A stretch of 64,000 nucleotides of DNA from Balamuthia mandrillaris (lineage: Eukaryota). Shown one piece after another: positions 51,642 to 64,000 of this stretch (position 1 is its first letter; every line of letters starts with the position of its first letter). The position numbers and the translations under genes were made by a program. The stretch covers positions 62,001-126,000 of the forward strand of contig JAVKOQ020000026.1 in NCBI GenBank assembly GCA_031835245.2, written 5' to 3'. The notes under the pieces were generated by a model, which was not told the origin of the DNA, searched no databases, and saw only the letters and a list, made by a program, of their open reading frames with translations.

Positions 51642-51700
51642 CACAACAACCTAAGAACGAACAATGCTTGTTACAAATGTAAATAAAAACCTGATAAATG

Positions 51701-54331
51701 TTAAGATCCCTCGGGAGAACGAGACACAGCCTTCCATTGTTCCTCGCTGATGTACTCGGCACCCTGCAGCCGCCGCAATGTCTCCAGTCCCAAACTTCTC
51801 AACTGCATTTCGTCTTCGTCCCTCTCATCGCTTTCGTGCCTGTCCTCTCCTCTTTCTCTCATCATTCTGTACCATTCAGTTGCTGGTACATAGTTGCCAT
51901 TTGACATTGGTACGGGTGTGTTGCCTTTCAGTGCAGAAGTTGTTGAAGATGAAGGCGTGGGTTGAGCTTTGTGCAAATCATCTTCGTTGGGAAGCGGAGT
52001 ATAATTCAAAGAAGGATCTTGCGGACTTGCTTTTGAACGTTGTCCTCTGTCTTGAACTTCTTCATTATGTGAGTCATCAGATGTGTCAAAGGAGCTGTCT
52101 TCGTCGGAAGCATCTACAGAAGCGGAGGACGAAACCGAAGAAGATCCTACAAAGAAAGGATGGCCCTCTTCTACTGGCTCACAAACATCAGACGCCATAA
52201 TCACACTTCCTCCTCTGCTCTCCCCTCCTTCTATCAATGAAGAAGAGGATGTCGACGAAGCCGAAGCACATGCTCGTAACCTTTGATAGTGACGCTCCAA
52301 CACTGCATAGATCTCTTCAAAAGAAGGTCTCAAGTTGGGGTCCTTGGAGAAGCACTTATTCATCAACGCTGCGAAGACTGGGTCGCAGTCCTTCGGGATA
52401 GGCAAAGATGTGCCATGTCGGCCGACGTCCAGTGCCACTGCGATGAGGTTCTGATCTCCATAAGGTCTCTTCTTCTCAATGAGCTCCCAGAGGAAGACCC
52501 CGAAGCTCCAGGCGTCGCTCTTTTGGGAGTATTCCTTGTTGAGGATGGCTTCGGGGGCCATATGAGAAACTGGACCCACTCCATTTTGGGTCACCTCTCC
52601 GCAGGTTTGGGTTAGGATTCGCGAAAGGCCTAAGTTTTGAGAGAGGCATTAGGGACATGCAAAAGAAAGGTTAACAAAACGCACCAAAGTCTGTAACCAA
52701 AGCAGTGTAAGGCGGACCCTTAAGCAACACATTCCTTGCAGCAATATCCCGATGAATCACGTTCTCGCAGTGCAAATGAAGAATGCCCAAAGCTGCATCG
52801 CTAGCAATCTTCACCACAGTGCGAAACGGAAGTTGCTTCTGTTTTACCACCAAAAAGTCGTAGACGGAGCCCAGCTCTGCAAACTCGGTCACAAGAGACA
52901 TGTAACTTCCCGTTGTAAGCGCACCAAAGAATGAAACAACATTGGGATGTCTTCCAAGTTTTCTTTTCGAACGTGCATTGTGAGTAAAGAAACAAAAGGA
53001 GCAACAAAAGTAAGACGAGATGAAATGTACTCCATCAGACTGGCCTCTCGAACAAACTCCCGATAAGCTTTCTCATCGGCGAAAGGCACGTTCAGACGTT
53101 TGATGGCGCAAGGTACGCCATGCCACAGCCCTCTGTACACAACTCCAAATGCTAAAATAGAATGGTGGCATGTTGAATGCCAGGGTAAGGAGATCGATAT
53201 GAAGGAGGACAAAAACAGAAGGGATATGATAGAAGGAAGGCGAGTGAACCTCCACTGGCAATGGGAACTGGATCTATACGAAGTTCCTCCAACTTCAACT
53301 CGGCAAACGGCAAGCTTGGCTTAGCAGACGACGACTCTGCTCTTTCTCGACGTGAAGACGCTGCAGAGGAAGAAGAGGATGAAGTACTACTGATCGTTTT
53401 GTCATTCTTCTCTTTTGTTGTTGTTCTCGATGCTCGATGATGAGTTGTGTTTTCTTGCGTCTTCTTACTGCTGCCTCTCTTCCGCGTTGGCTTACTGTTC
53501 TCGTGACCAACAGTTGACGAAGTAGAAGATGCAGTGGTTCGTCTTCTTCGTGACGATGCCGAAGCTGATGCTGATGAAACAGACAAAGAAGATGATGAAG
53601 AGGTAGCAGTAGTCTGTCTGCGTCGTCGGCTGTTTCCTCCTGCCTCGCTTTGTACCGAAGTTCGTCTCAGTCTTCGATCTTTGGATGACTTAAATTCCTT
53701 CTTTTCGTTTGCTTCTTCACCTCGTTCATGTCCTCCTTTCTCTTCTATTGCTTGACCCGCTTCTTCTTTCTGGCCTAGCTGTTGTGGCACTTGAATAGTC
53801 AAAATAAGATTATGTTCGTTACCACACGATATCTGAACCACTCTGGTCGTCGGCGAGGATTGTGAGCCATCAATGTCGATTCGAATTGGAACAAAGAGTC
53901 TTTCTCTGATGCTCTCTCCATGACCTAAACGACCGTCTTCACACCCTCCAAAAGAGTATATTTCTCCACCCTCTTTTTCAAAAGCAGGTAGAAGAAGAAA
54001 GAAAGAGAATGAGTGGCCCCGAAATTTTCCAAAGAGACGAGAGAAGGGTAGGGCTTACCAGTAAGAGCAATGCTGTGGTAGTCACCTCCAGAGACTTCCG
54101 CAACTCGAATCTTAGAGGTGGATAACACTTCCACCATTTGTGGCTCTGAATCTCCATCGCGACCTTTATGTTTATATGCCACAGATATCAGCTAACAAGA
54201 ACAAGATGCAAGAAGAAGAAGAACACCAAGAAGAAGAAGAAGAAGAAGAAGAACAAGAACAAGAACAAGAAGAAGAACAAGAAGAAGAACAAGAAGAAGA
54301 AGAAGAAGAAGAAGAAGAAGAAGAAGAAGAA

Positions 54332-54363
<32 letters not shown>

Positions 54364-55257
54364 CGAAGAACAAGAACAAAAACAACAACAAGAACAAGAA
54401 CAAGAAAAAGAACGAGAAGAAGAAGAACAAGATCAAGAAGAAGACGAAGAACAAGAAGAATATGAATGGCATTACCAAGTTGTCCTTTTACTTCTCTTGG
54501 ACTTCCTCCTGCGTTCTCTCCAAACGAATAAACCTCCGTGTCTTTATACCGTGTTAGTCTTTTTGCGGGAGAGAGCGGAAAAAAGAAACGGTACCGGTGA
54601 CAGCAAAACTATGCGCAGCACCAGCCCCAACCCTCCGCACGTAATTTTCTTTCAACGACTGCACCAAACGAGGCTCTATCACTGCAGCACCTCTCGTGTC
54701 CGTCGTTTGGTCTTTCGGATGTCCGGCACAAACATGGTTACCGCAACTATAAAGCTTTCCATTGCCTTTGTTTTTAACGTACGAAATAAATATGAGAAAA
54801 GAAACAAGAGGCAGAGAAAAAAAAATGAAGCAACGAGTACCATCCAAGAAGAGAGAATGTCTTCCTCCAACAACAAAGTCCAAAATAGGGACGTTGAAAA
54901 GGGCGACAGGTTTGGGGAGACGATCCTTCTTCTCGTAGTCTTCCGCACTCCATCCTAGCTTGTAATCGTCTTGTCTTCCCCAACTATAAACCAGTCCATT
55001 TTCTATATGTTCGAGAGAAGTGTTAACCACAAAGCAAACGAGAAGGAGAATGACGAACCAAGCAATGCTAAACTATGAGAAAAGGCAGCCCGTAGTTTAA
55101 CGACTTTGTTTGAGGGCAACATCGCGGCCAGTGTTTCAATTCTTTTGGGAAGCTCACAGAGGTCTTCTTTCTTCCCGGTGCCAAGTTCTCCTTTGCGCCC
55201 TTGTCCCCATCCATATAGTTCACCCTTTTCTATATGTTATATTTCAAAACGGATGAG

Positions 55258-55291
<34 letters not shown>

Positions 55292-56129
55292 CAGAGGGAG
55301 GGGGGGAGACCTGTGAGAACAACACCAAAGCTATGACCAGCGGCGATTTGGATGGTTCTAAACCTGTCGCTTCCTGCCAACGGGCGTGGAGAAAGGGAAC
55401 GGAGCAGCGGCTTTGAGCCCTGCAGCACTCCTTTCTTCCAACCACCGAGTTGTCCGAACCAATAGACAGACCCCATTTCTGTTCATGGGAAAGCCCCAAC
55501 AGGTACCAGTGAAAACCATGCTAAAAGTGGCGGTAAGAAATGCGAAGCGAGAATCACGCACCAGTGAGAACCATGCTAAAGGTACCCCCAGCAGCCACTT
55601 GAACGATCTTCATAGGACCCAAGCTCCGCACAAGGGTAGGCTCCCAAACAGCTCCACCCTCCACCTCACCCAATCCCAGCCGTCCTCCCAGGCCATTTCC
55701 AAAGACCATCGTCTTTGTCTCTCCCATTATCTTTTGGTTGTTCGCCGACTTTGCTCTTTTCCCACTGTCCAACACATTTGTTTCTGATGATGGTTTCGTT
55801 TTAATGTGGTGGTGGCTTCCTTTTCTTCCTTCCTCTCTTTTTGAGTCTTTGCGTGGCGATCTTTTGTGTTTTCTTTCCAGAGGAGCAGAGGAAGGAAGAA
55901 CTTTCTCGTTTTCTTCTTGTTGTTGTTTGGTTCTTCCTGCTTTACTCTTGTGTTCGTCTTCTCTTTTTGCTTCTGGTGCTGCTCTGATGCGACCCCTATT
56001 GTCTGATGATTTTGTTCCCCTCGAAGCGTGAGTCGACGGGGTTCCGGTGTTGCTTCCTGAAGCCGAGGAGGTGGTCGCGATTCTTTTGGTGTGATGATGC
56101 TGTTTGTTCCTCTTTTTCTTCTCTTCCAT
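51701..56129 (-). CDS. RCC1-repeat protein fused to a C-terminal TK/TKL protein kinase; multi-exon
   Basis: FGNGLGGRLGLG, VAAGGTFS, LVYSWG, VSGGDYHSIALT, ISCGNEHNL; kinase FGVVYRG, AIK, HRDIAARNVLL, DFG, GPVSHMAPE, SDAWSFGV. Confidence 0.88.
54207..54460. repeat. (GAA)n/(GAACAA)n microsatellite in an intron of the RCC1-kinase gene
   Basis: Directly visible. Confidence 0.85.
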
Positions 56130-56659
56130 TGCGCGTGTTACCGCCTAAAGTCTCCTCTGTTGCTGTTCTTTCTTGCCCTCTCTTTTGTGGGTGCACAGCC
56201 TGTGGCTCCACCAGCCTGCACCGATAGAGTATGATCGGGTGCCAGTTATTCCTTTTGTTGGATGTATGGATCGATCTCTGTAACCGTAAGAGCTCTGGGC
56301 AAGCTTGAGCCCCCCCCCCCATGGGGAAGCCATGGCCCTCCCTGATGCTGTGTCCACCAAGACATTGCTGGTAGCGGTGGTAGTAATGTCGGAAGTAGGG
56401 AAAACTTCCCTTCTGCTTTGTTGGTTTTGTCCTCTCTTTCTCTCTGTTTGCTGAGTGGTTCAGATGAGAGTTCACCGCCTGCAACAGAGCTGCCGGGGCG
56501 TTTTCCGCTCTTCTTTTCCGAGTTGCAGTGGAAGTAGCGGAAGCAGTGGTGCGCCCCTCTTCCTTGTGGGGCTCGACCGAGGTGGATGGCCAAACCCCCA
56601 AGAGGTAGCAAACTGTTTTCCGCACTGTGGGTAACATTCCATTTGGCCAGCTTCCAGTA

Positions 56660-57597
56660 GCGATCATCACGAAATGTGATGAGTGGAGAAACAAAGAACT
56701 CAACCTTTGCAATCGGAGCAGTGCTCCTGCCTGCGGCTGAACCGTAGAAGAGAAGAGAAGAGAAGAGAACGATGAAGAGAAGAGAAGAGAAGAGAAGAGA
56801 AGAGAAGAGAAGAGAAGAGAAGAGAAGAGAAGAGAAGAGAAGAGAAAGAGAAGAGAAGAGAAGAGAAGAGAACGATGAAGAGAAGAGAAGAGAAGAGAAG
56901 AGAAGAGAACGATGAAGAGAAGAGAAGAGAAGAGAACGATGAAGAGAACGATGAAGAGAAGAGAAGAGAAGAGAAGAGAAGAGAACGATGAAGAGAACGA
57001 TGAAGAGAACGATGAAGAGAAGAGAAGAGAAGAGAAGAGAAGAGAAGAGAACGATGAAGAGAACGATGAAGAGAACGATGAAGAAAGAGAAGAGAAGAGA
57101 AGAGAAGAGAAGAGAACGACGAAGAGAAGAGAGAAGGACGAAGAGAAGAGAAGAGAAGAGAACGACGAAGAGAAGAGAACGACGAAGAGAAGAGAAGAGA
57201 ACGACGAAGAGAACGACGAAGAGAAGAGAAGAGAAGAGAAGAGAAGAGAAGAGAAGAGAAGAGAAGAGAAGAGAAGAGAAGAGAAGAGAAGAGAAGAGAA
57301 GAGAAGAGAACGATGAAGAGAAGAGAACGATGAAGAGAAGAGAAGAGAACGATGAAGAGAACGATGAAGAGAACGATGAAGAAAAGAAAAGAAAAGAAAA
57401 GAAAAGAAAAGAAAAGAAAAGAAAAGAAAAGAAAAGAAAAGAAAAGAAAAGGAGTAGCAGAAAAGTGTCAAGGCGGTGGAGGAGCAACAAAAGCTTATTC
57501 GCTGCACTGAGAATCCATTCCATTCACTCCACCCGCCGCTTTGGGAGAATGAAGGGCTGTTTTGGCGGGAAACATGCTCATTGGCCCAAAAGACCTT
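56660..57597 (-). mobile_element. Degenerate second copy of the 5' part of the Fanzor transposon, interrupted by an expanded microsatellite
   Basis: 57558-57594 = 36031-36067 (37/37), 57452-57475 = 35890-35913 (24/24), 56710-56744 vs 35692-35726 (34/35); collinear and in the same orientation. Confidence 0.8.
56746..57450. repeat. (AGAAG)n / (GAGAACGATGAA)n / (GAAAA)n compound microsatellite
   Basis: Directly visible, ~700 bp. Confidence 0.92.
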
Positions 57598-57849
57598 GTC
57601 GTTTTCTCCGCCGAATAGGAACTGCCGAAGAGACAAGAAAGAAGTCATAAAACCACCGGCAGAGAAGAAAGAGAAGGAGGAGGAGGAAGAAGAAGAAGAG
57701 CAAGCAAGGGAGGTGGTGAGGAGGCATTGGGACAAGGAAAGAAGGGTGTGGTGGGAGCTGTTGTGTTGCAGCCAGAGCTGGTTTCATTCTTTTCTATCTT
57801 TTTTTCCTCAACACAACAACAACGAATAAAGAAAAGAGGAAAGCAACAC

Positions 57850-59844
57850 CTAAAGCTCTTGAAAAGCGGCGGTGGAGGAGACGCTCTGGAACTGCTGGGA
57901 AGCATGCATGCGCCACAGCGCCAACGCCAGCACCGTCACGGTGACCGTCAACAAGATGATCACCCCCGACATCAACACCCAAACCACCAATGTCCCCGAA
58001 AGCATGTCTTGTCTCTCTCCTTCGTGCTCTTCTCCATCGTCTTCGTCCTCTTCATCATCGTCATCATCATCTTCCTCTTCTTCATAAGGATCGTCGTCGT
58101 CGTCACTGTAGTCATACACCTTACGTAAAGCAAACGTATGTGAGTACTCCTGAATGCCTTGATGGTCGTAGAAGAAGACGTGCATCGTTCTCTCTTCCAA
58201 ATGTACTCGCATGAAGCCTGCTTTGTCCGAATGGAAGAGGGAGTGAACGGCGGCGATGCCACGTGTGGTGGCGGCGGAGCGGGGAAGTATCTTAACGCGA
58301 GAACCAGCGCCGCTGATGAAATGGTGGATACCTTCGGAGTATACGTGTTCCATGTCATGCACATGGCTTTTGTTTGGGATGCGGAGTTACAAGCGATAGA
58401 AAGAAAGAAAGAAATGAACAAACAAGAAGGAAGAAGGAAGAAGGAAGAGAGCAGAGAGTAAGAATCAAGAAGAGGTTAAGGCAAGAGATAGAAGGATGGC
58501 AGAAGGAGAAACAATACCCGCACAAATAGGCTGCCACATGATGTTTTTTGAACAAAGGCAACAAGGTGTTCTGTAGCTCCTGATAGCCTCCCTGCCTCAA
58601 CTCCGGCCATTCGTTGTTGGAAAAAATGGGATGATGTCCCACCACAATAATCCACTTTTGTTCTTCTTCTACTTCAAGGCTAGGATTGAGTCGTTCCAAT
58701 TCTCGTTTGAACCAACTCAACTGGTCCTGCCAGTGTTGCTGTTGGAGTTGGTCTTCCATCTGTTGGTTGTCTGGTTTGGTGTAGTATTCTTGGATGAATG
58801 GAGTCGTATCCAAAAATACTGTTATGTTTGTTTGTTAGTATCAACAAAATACAGACAACAGCCTGGAAACAAACTTAAAAGAAGCAGAATAAAATAAGAA
58901 GGAAAGAAAAAAGGAACAGAAGAAGAAGAAGAGGAAGAGAAAGAAGAAGAACAAGAAGCCAGAAGAAGAGCCGTACAAAAGGTGGCGTTGTGAGCAGAAG
59001 CAGAGGAAAGCGGGACCGAAAGGGTGTAATTGAAGGAAGGCATGTTCCACTTGAACACTCCTTCTCCCAGTTGTTGTTGTTGGCGATGCTGGTCGTATTG
59101 GCGCTGCGCTTCAATGCTGCCCCTGTAGTCATGGTTGCCCAATATACTGTACCACGGCTTTTGCAGAGCGGCACCCGCATAGACCTCCTCTTTGTTTGTT
59201 TGTTTTTTTTTCCAGGTGCACACATGCTTTGTCAATAAAAAAGAAAAGAAAAGAACAATAAAATAAAAACATAAAAACATAAATAAAAAATAAAAAAAAT
59301 AAAAATAATTTTAGAAACAAAAAACACAAAAAAATAATAAATAAAATAAATAAAAAACAAAAACAATAAATAATAAATAAAATAAATAAAATAAATAACA
59401 AAAGGAAATAATGAAAAAATAAACAAAAAGTAAAAGTAAAACATAAACAGTTAAAGTTAAAATAAAATAAACCAAAAGAAAAAACGCAGACGAAAAAAAA
59501 AATAATATGCAAATACCAAAGGTTTTTTGCCACTTCTCATCCTGCACGGAGACGACGCCGTCCTCGTAGAAGTTGTCGCCCACGCCGACGACGAACGAGA
59601 TGGGGTGCTCCTCCGCCACCTGCTGCATGGCCGCAGCCACGGCGCGCTGAGTGTCGGCAAAGGCGGGGTCGCGGGAGCCCAAGGCGCTGCCCCAGTCCCC
59701 AATCACAAAGAAATGAAGGCCATCGGGGGCGCCATCGACATCTGCGAAAACAAAAGAGGAAGAAGAAAAGAAGACGAGGAAGAAGAAGAGGAGGAAGGCA
59801 AGAGAGAACCGGGAGTGGTTCGTGTTGCGCGCTGGTTGCTTCAT
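57850..59844 (-). CDS. Purple/tartrate-resistant acid phosphatase (ACP5-like) with signal peptide and C-terminal TM; multi-exon
   Basis: GDWG, GDNFY, GNHD, VGHHP and G|HVH metal-binding motifs. Confidence 0.9.
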
Positions 59845-60105
59845 CTTTGTTTTTTTTCAAAACTTTTTAGAAATGGTCTCTATTGTCGACAGAAAATGCT
59901 TTTATGGTATTTTCGAGGCTAAAATAATAGGTTGGGTATAACTGGAGAGATATCTAATACTTATGACGTGGCGAAAGACCACAAAATGAGCACAAAATGT
60001 TCTCCGATTTTTAAGATGGTGACGTGGCAGTGCAGAACGAAACGACCACAAAATGACCACGACTTGATCTCATTGGAAGAAACAGAAAAAAAGAAAAGGA
60101 AAAAG

Positions 60106-61161
60106 ATGAAAACACATCAAAGAAGAGGCAGGGCTGTTTGCTTCCTGTCCCTTCTGAACGTTACGAAACGAACGTATTTTCTTATATTGTTTTTGTTGCT
60201 CTGCATGTTGTTATTGCGGGTCAATGCACAGGTTTGATTTATTTTATATTATTTGTTTATTTTATATTTATATTTGTTAATTTTTGGTTGTTTTTTTTCC
60301 TCTAATATGTCGATCTTCTTCTCGCTTCTCTGCTTCTCTGCTTCTGCCTCCCTCTCTCTCTCTCTCTCTCTCTCTTCTTCTTCTTCTTCTCTTCTTCTCG
60401 TTGGAAAAACAAAAAGGAAGCGGCACAACAACAACAACCAAACAAAGGTGGAGCACAGGAACAAGGTCCTGCGCGGCCGTCCAATGATTCATCGGTCGTG
60501 TTGCTGTTCAGCCAGGTCCTTCAGTCCCACAAACAAAGCCACCTGCTCAATCTTTCTTTCACCCCTTCCTCTCCTTCCACGCAGCCTCAGCAGCCTTTAA
60601 CTTCCTCTTCTGCTGCTTCTCTTCTTCCGCGAAACATCTCGGACTACTATCAAGGAACATGGACAAAGCTCACTTCTTCCTCCTCTTCCATTCTTTCTTC
60701 GTCGTCCCCTTCCTCGACAACAACGACAAATGAAAACAAAGAAGAACAAGAACAAGGAGTGGAAGAAGGAGAAGACAGAGAAGGAGTGAAAGAAGACGAA
60801 GGAGGAGGAGAGGGAGAAGGAGATGTTGAGAAGAGAACGGAGAAGCCCCTTCTTCCAAAAGCAGAGTTCAGCTTTGCTTCTACGGCGGTGGGCAGCCTTA
60901 TTTATCAGCTGAACGCCAAACCCTCCAACGTTTCTCACATCGATACTGTCACTGTACGTTCTGTGTGCTTTTTTCGTTTGTTTGTTATTTTGCTTTGCTT
61001 CTTGTCGTTTCTTGTCGTCTTGTTCTTTCTTTCTTGTCGTTGCTTGTCGTTTCTTGTCGTTTCTTTCTTGTCGTCTTGTTCTTTCTTTCTTGTCGTTTCT
61101 TTCTTTCTTGTCGTTTCTTTCTTTCTTGTCGTTTCTTTCTTGTCGTTTCTTTCTTGTCGTT

Positions 61162-61197
<36 letters not shown>

Positions 61198-61217
61198 GTC
61201 GTTTCTTTCTTGTCGTT

Positions 61218-61277
<60 letters not shown>

Positions 61278-63327
61278 TTGTGTATGTTTTTGTTTCTTTC
61301 ATTGTTTTATTTGTTTATCCATTCTTTGGTTCTTGCATTGTTTTTCAGGGAGAATTAGTTTTACGGAATGGCATGTGGAGCACTAATACGAACACGCGAT
61401 TCGCTCTTCAAGGCTTATACTTTTGGAAGACCGGTCACCTCTTCCTTGTTGCTAATCCTTTACAGTACTTTTGCCTCTTCTTTCTCTCTCTCTCTCCTTT
61501 TACTTCTCTGTCTCTTCTTGGCTTTCCTTTTCTCTCTTCTCATTAGCTGATCTCCTTATGTACAGGCATGCTCTTGTCCAAAACTTTTCGCTCGCTCTGA
61601 CCAACAAAACAACGATAGAAGACGTTATTTTAGCAGCAGATAGGATACCATTTCAATTCGCAAATGAGTCCCGTAGTGCCTCTGACAAACCTCGTTTGGC
61701 CGCAGGCAGTTCTTCCTCTGTTCCTTCTGCCTGTCACTTTCAGGCTGTGTTTAGACTTGAACGAGCTCGTGACGAAACCTCTCCAGTTGGTCACACTTCC
61801 AGTGATCAAGGTGCTTTAGATTTATCTTATCTTATCTTTCTTTCTTTCTTTTGACAGTAATGTTGCAAAATTATAGAGAACAAACCAAAGTTGCATTTGA
61901 AAGGCATTAGTTACAGCCCGAACTGCGAAATAGCAATCTTTTCGGATGCGAGTTCTGTTCAGTTTGAACACTATTTTCACAAAGCTAGACTTTACGTTAC
62001 GGCATTCATTCTTGTACGCTTTGTCTTTCGGCTACTTCCTGTCAGTTTTTTTTCCCTTCGTCTCACTTGATATCTACTTGCAGCTTACTTGTCTTCAAGT
62101 AATCCTTCTCATCAACCAAATGAAACAAAACCACAGTCGTGCAGTTCGTTATCCTACTCTCTCTTTATGTTCCCTCTCATTCTCTTCTTTTAACTCCTTT
62201 TGTGTTTCCACCCAAAAAACGAAGGCTCTAACAAAAGTGTCTTTGATGACTATTGGGATTCACACCGTAATGGACTCACATCTTGGTTTTATACATTTAT
62301 CAGCTGGTATAGCAGTTGGTTAGTTTTTTTTTTTTTTCCTCTTCTTTTGTACATTTCCTCTCCGCTTCCTTCCACTGATGAATCTCTTCTTTATCCTCTG
62401 ATTGATATAATATCAAGGTGCTGTCTTTGATGCATTTGCATTGGCCGCTTTTGTAAATTTTATACTATTTTCTATCTTTGAAATGCGGTATCTTGTATCA
62501 ATCCTTAAGGCACGCCATCCTGAAGAGTTTGCCCTTGGTTGGGAAGGTCGGTCCCTTTCTCCCTCTCTCCTCTTTACTCATTTACCTCTCCCGTTTTCCT
62601 TTATTCCCTTCTAACGCGTTGTTTCTCTAGCTGTAAGACGTAAAATCCGTGAGCTTTATATGCGGTTTTGTACGTGTCAAACATCTCTCTGTCTCTCTTT
62701 GTCTCTCTCTGTCTTAAACTCATTCTTTCTCACTGTCTGTACTTCCTTGATTTGTTTCTTGCTCTCGTCATAATAACAAAAAGATGGAGGACTTTTGCTT
62801 GGGTTTATCGCTATTTATTACTTCAACGGCATCTTCCTTATTTCCATGTTCATAATTTACTCGATGTGGATACCTCAAATCTACTGCAACGTCACTCAGT
62901 GCTGCAGCAACGCTTTTACTGCCAAGTTTGTCATTGGCACTAGTCTCATTCGCCTCTTCATTCCTCTCTGTACGTTTCTCGACCTCTCTCTCTCTCTCTC
63001 GCTCTCTCACAACACTTATACATGCTCTCACACTGCATGGCCTGGCGAACAGATTTCTATGCCTGTCCTTATAACTTTTTACATGTTGAACCTCGTCCTC
63101 AACTCGCTTCTTGCTTAGCGGCGTACGTTCTCTCTCTCATCTTTTTTTGGTTTCGTTTGCTAAACACAACCATAATGTCCGCAGTTATTTATTCTTTCAA
63201 GTCGTCATTCTCTTCTCACAAGACACTCTTGGCCCTCGTTGGTTTATCCCTAAAATGGTACCTTTCTCTTTCTCTTTCTCTTTCTCTTTCTCTTTCTCTT
63301 TCTCTTTCTCTTTCTCTTTTCTTTCTC

Positions 63328-63361
<34 letters not shown>

Positions 63362-63818
63362 TTCTCTTTCTCTTTCTCTTTCTCTTTCTCTTTCTCTTTC
63401 TCTTTCTCTTTCTCTTTCTCTTTCTCCTTCATTCTCCTCTTCTTCTTATCTTCTTGCCTCTCATACAAAACAAATGCAGCTGTTGCCAGCAAAATACGAC
63501 TACAAGCGAAGGGTGGAGATCGATCCAGAAATGGGAGGCAAAGTGGACTGCGTCATCTGCATGAATGCCGTTTACGTGACCGGAAGATCTCCATTCTCTG
63601 CTTCTTCCTCCTCCCTTCGCTCTCTTTTGCTGCTTCGACCAAGAAACAGTCAGCAGCAACAACCACAGAGCGAAGAACAGGAGGAGGAGAGAAGCGAGAG
63701 GGACTACGATTACATGGTCACTCCATGCAATCACGTCTTTCACTCCGAATGCTTGCTGCGGTGGATGGAGTTCAAGATGGAATGTCCCACCTGCAGAGGT
63801 CTTCTTCCTTATCCTTAA
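60106..63818 (+). CDS. Tul1/Dsc1/FLY1-like transmembrane RING-H2 E3 ligase; multi-exon
   Basis: Signal-peptide exon; YSMWIPQIYCNV, GTSLIRLFIPL, YACPYNF, QDTLGPRWFIP; DCVICM..YMVTPCNHVFHSECLLRWMEFKMECPTCR. Confidence 0.88.
60995..61280. repeat. (TTTC)n/(TTGTCGTTTC)n intronic microsatellite
   Basis: Directly visible. Confidence 0.85.
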
Positions 63819-64000
63819 AATGGGTTGAACAAAGAAAAGCAAAACCTCAAAAAGCAAAACGGATCCGAGTGAAAAGAGTGCAATCAATACGAAAGGTTAA
63901 GAAGAAGAAGTGAAGACACGCATCAAAGAAGTGCAGACATCCAACAACTGAAGAAACTCATCTGCACCATCCACCAAACGATGATCCGCTTGAGCCAGTT

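Noticed and set aside
54140..54958. Poly-Glu / poly-Lys plus-strand ORFs
   Set aside because: Intronic (GAA)n repeat antisense to the RCC1-kinase gene.
56170..56300. WRKY/MULE-like zinc-finger pattern (GYRDR..KG..RSY / YRC / GCAPTK) in the relic
   Set aside because: Needs two frameshifts within ~30 nt, so it is easily produced by chance; worth only a TBLASTX check.
55996..57735. Long ORFs (579, 425, 220 aa) across the AGAAG array
   Set aside because: Stop-free microsatellite translations.

Overview
Gene-dense, intron-rich eukaryotic DNA, most likely a centramoebid amoebozoan (Acanthamoeba/Balamuthia-like; inferred from the actin sequence and intron style). It has short GT-AG introns and many microsatellites that generate spurious ORFs. 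About 20 host genes can be modelled: DUF4326, GRAM-C2-EF phosphatidylserine decarboxylase, two F-box proteins, an EFCAB9-like EF-hand protein, an SR/SRI protein, ribophorin I, a TROVE-like/E2/F-box/TerD fusion, cystinosin, vinculin-like, RhoGEF, actin, a secreted repeat protein, DGAT2, three tandem orphan paralogues, an RCC1-kinase, a purple acid phosphatase and a Tul1-like RING ligase. The standout is a 1.75-kb TIR DNA transposon (34372-36126) with a target-site duplication, carrying an N-terminally truncated Fanzor2 (eukaryotic TnpB) nuclease. Its putative omegaRNA scaffold is separated from the flanking guide by the TIR. That TIR lies wholly inside an apparent 99-nt spliceosomal intron whose 3' AG is the last dinucleotide of the transposon, so splicing would fuse scaffold to guide. 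All calls are by eye; no database searches or folding programs were run.
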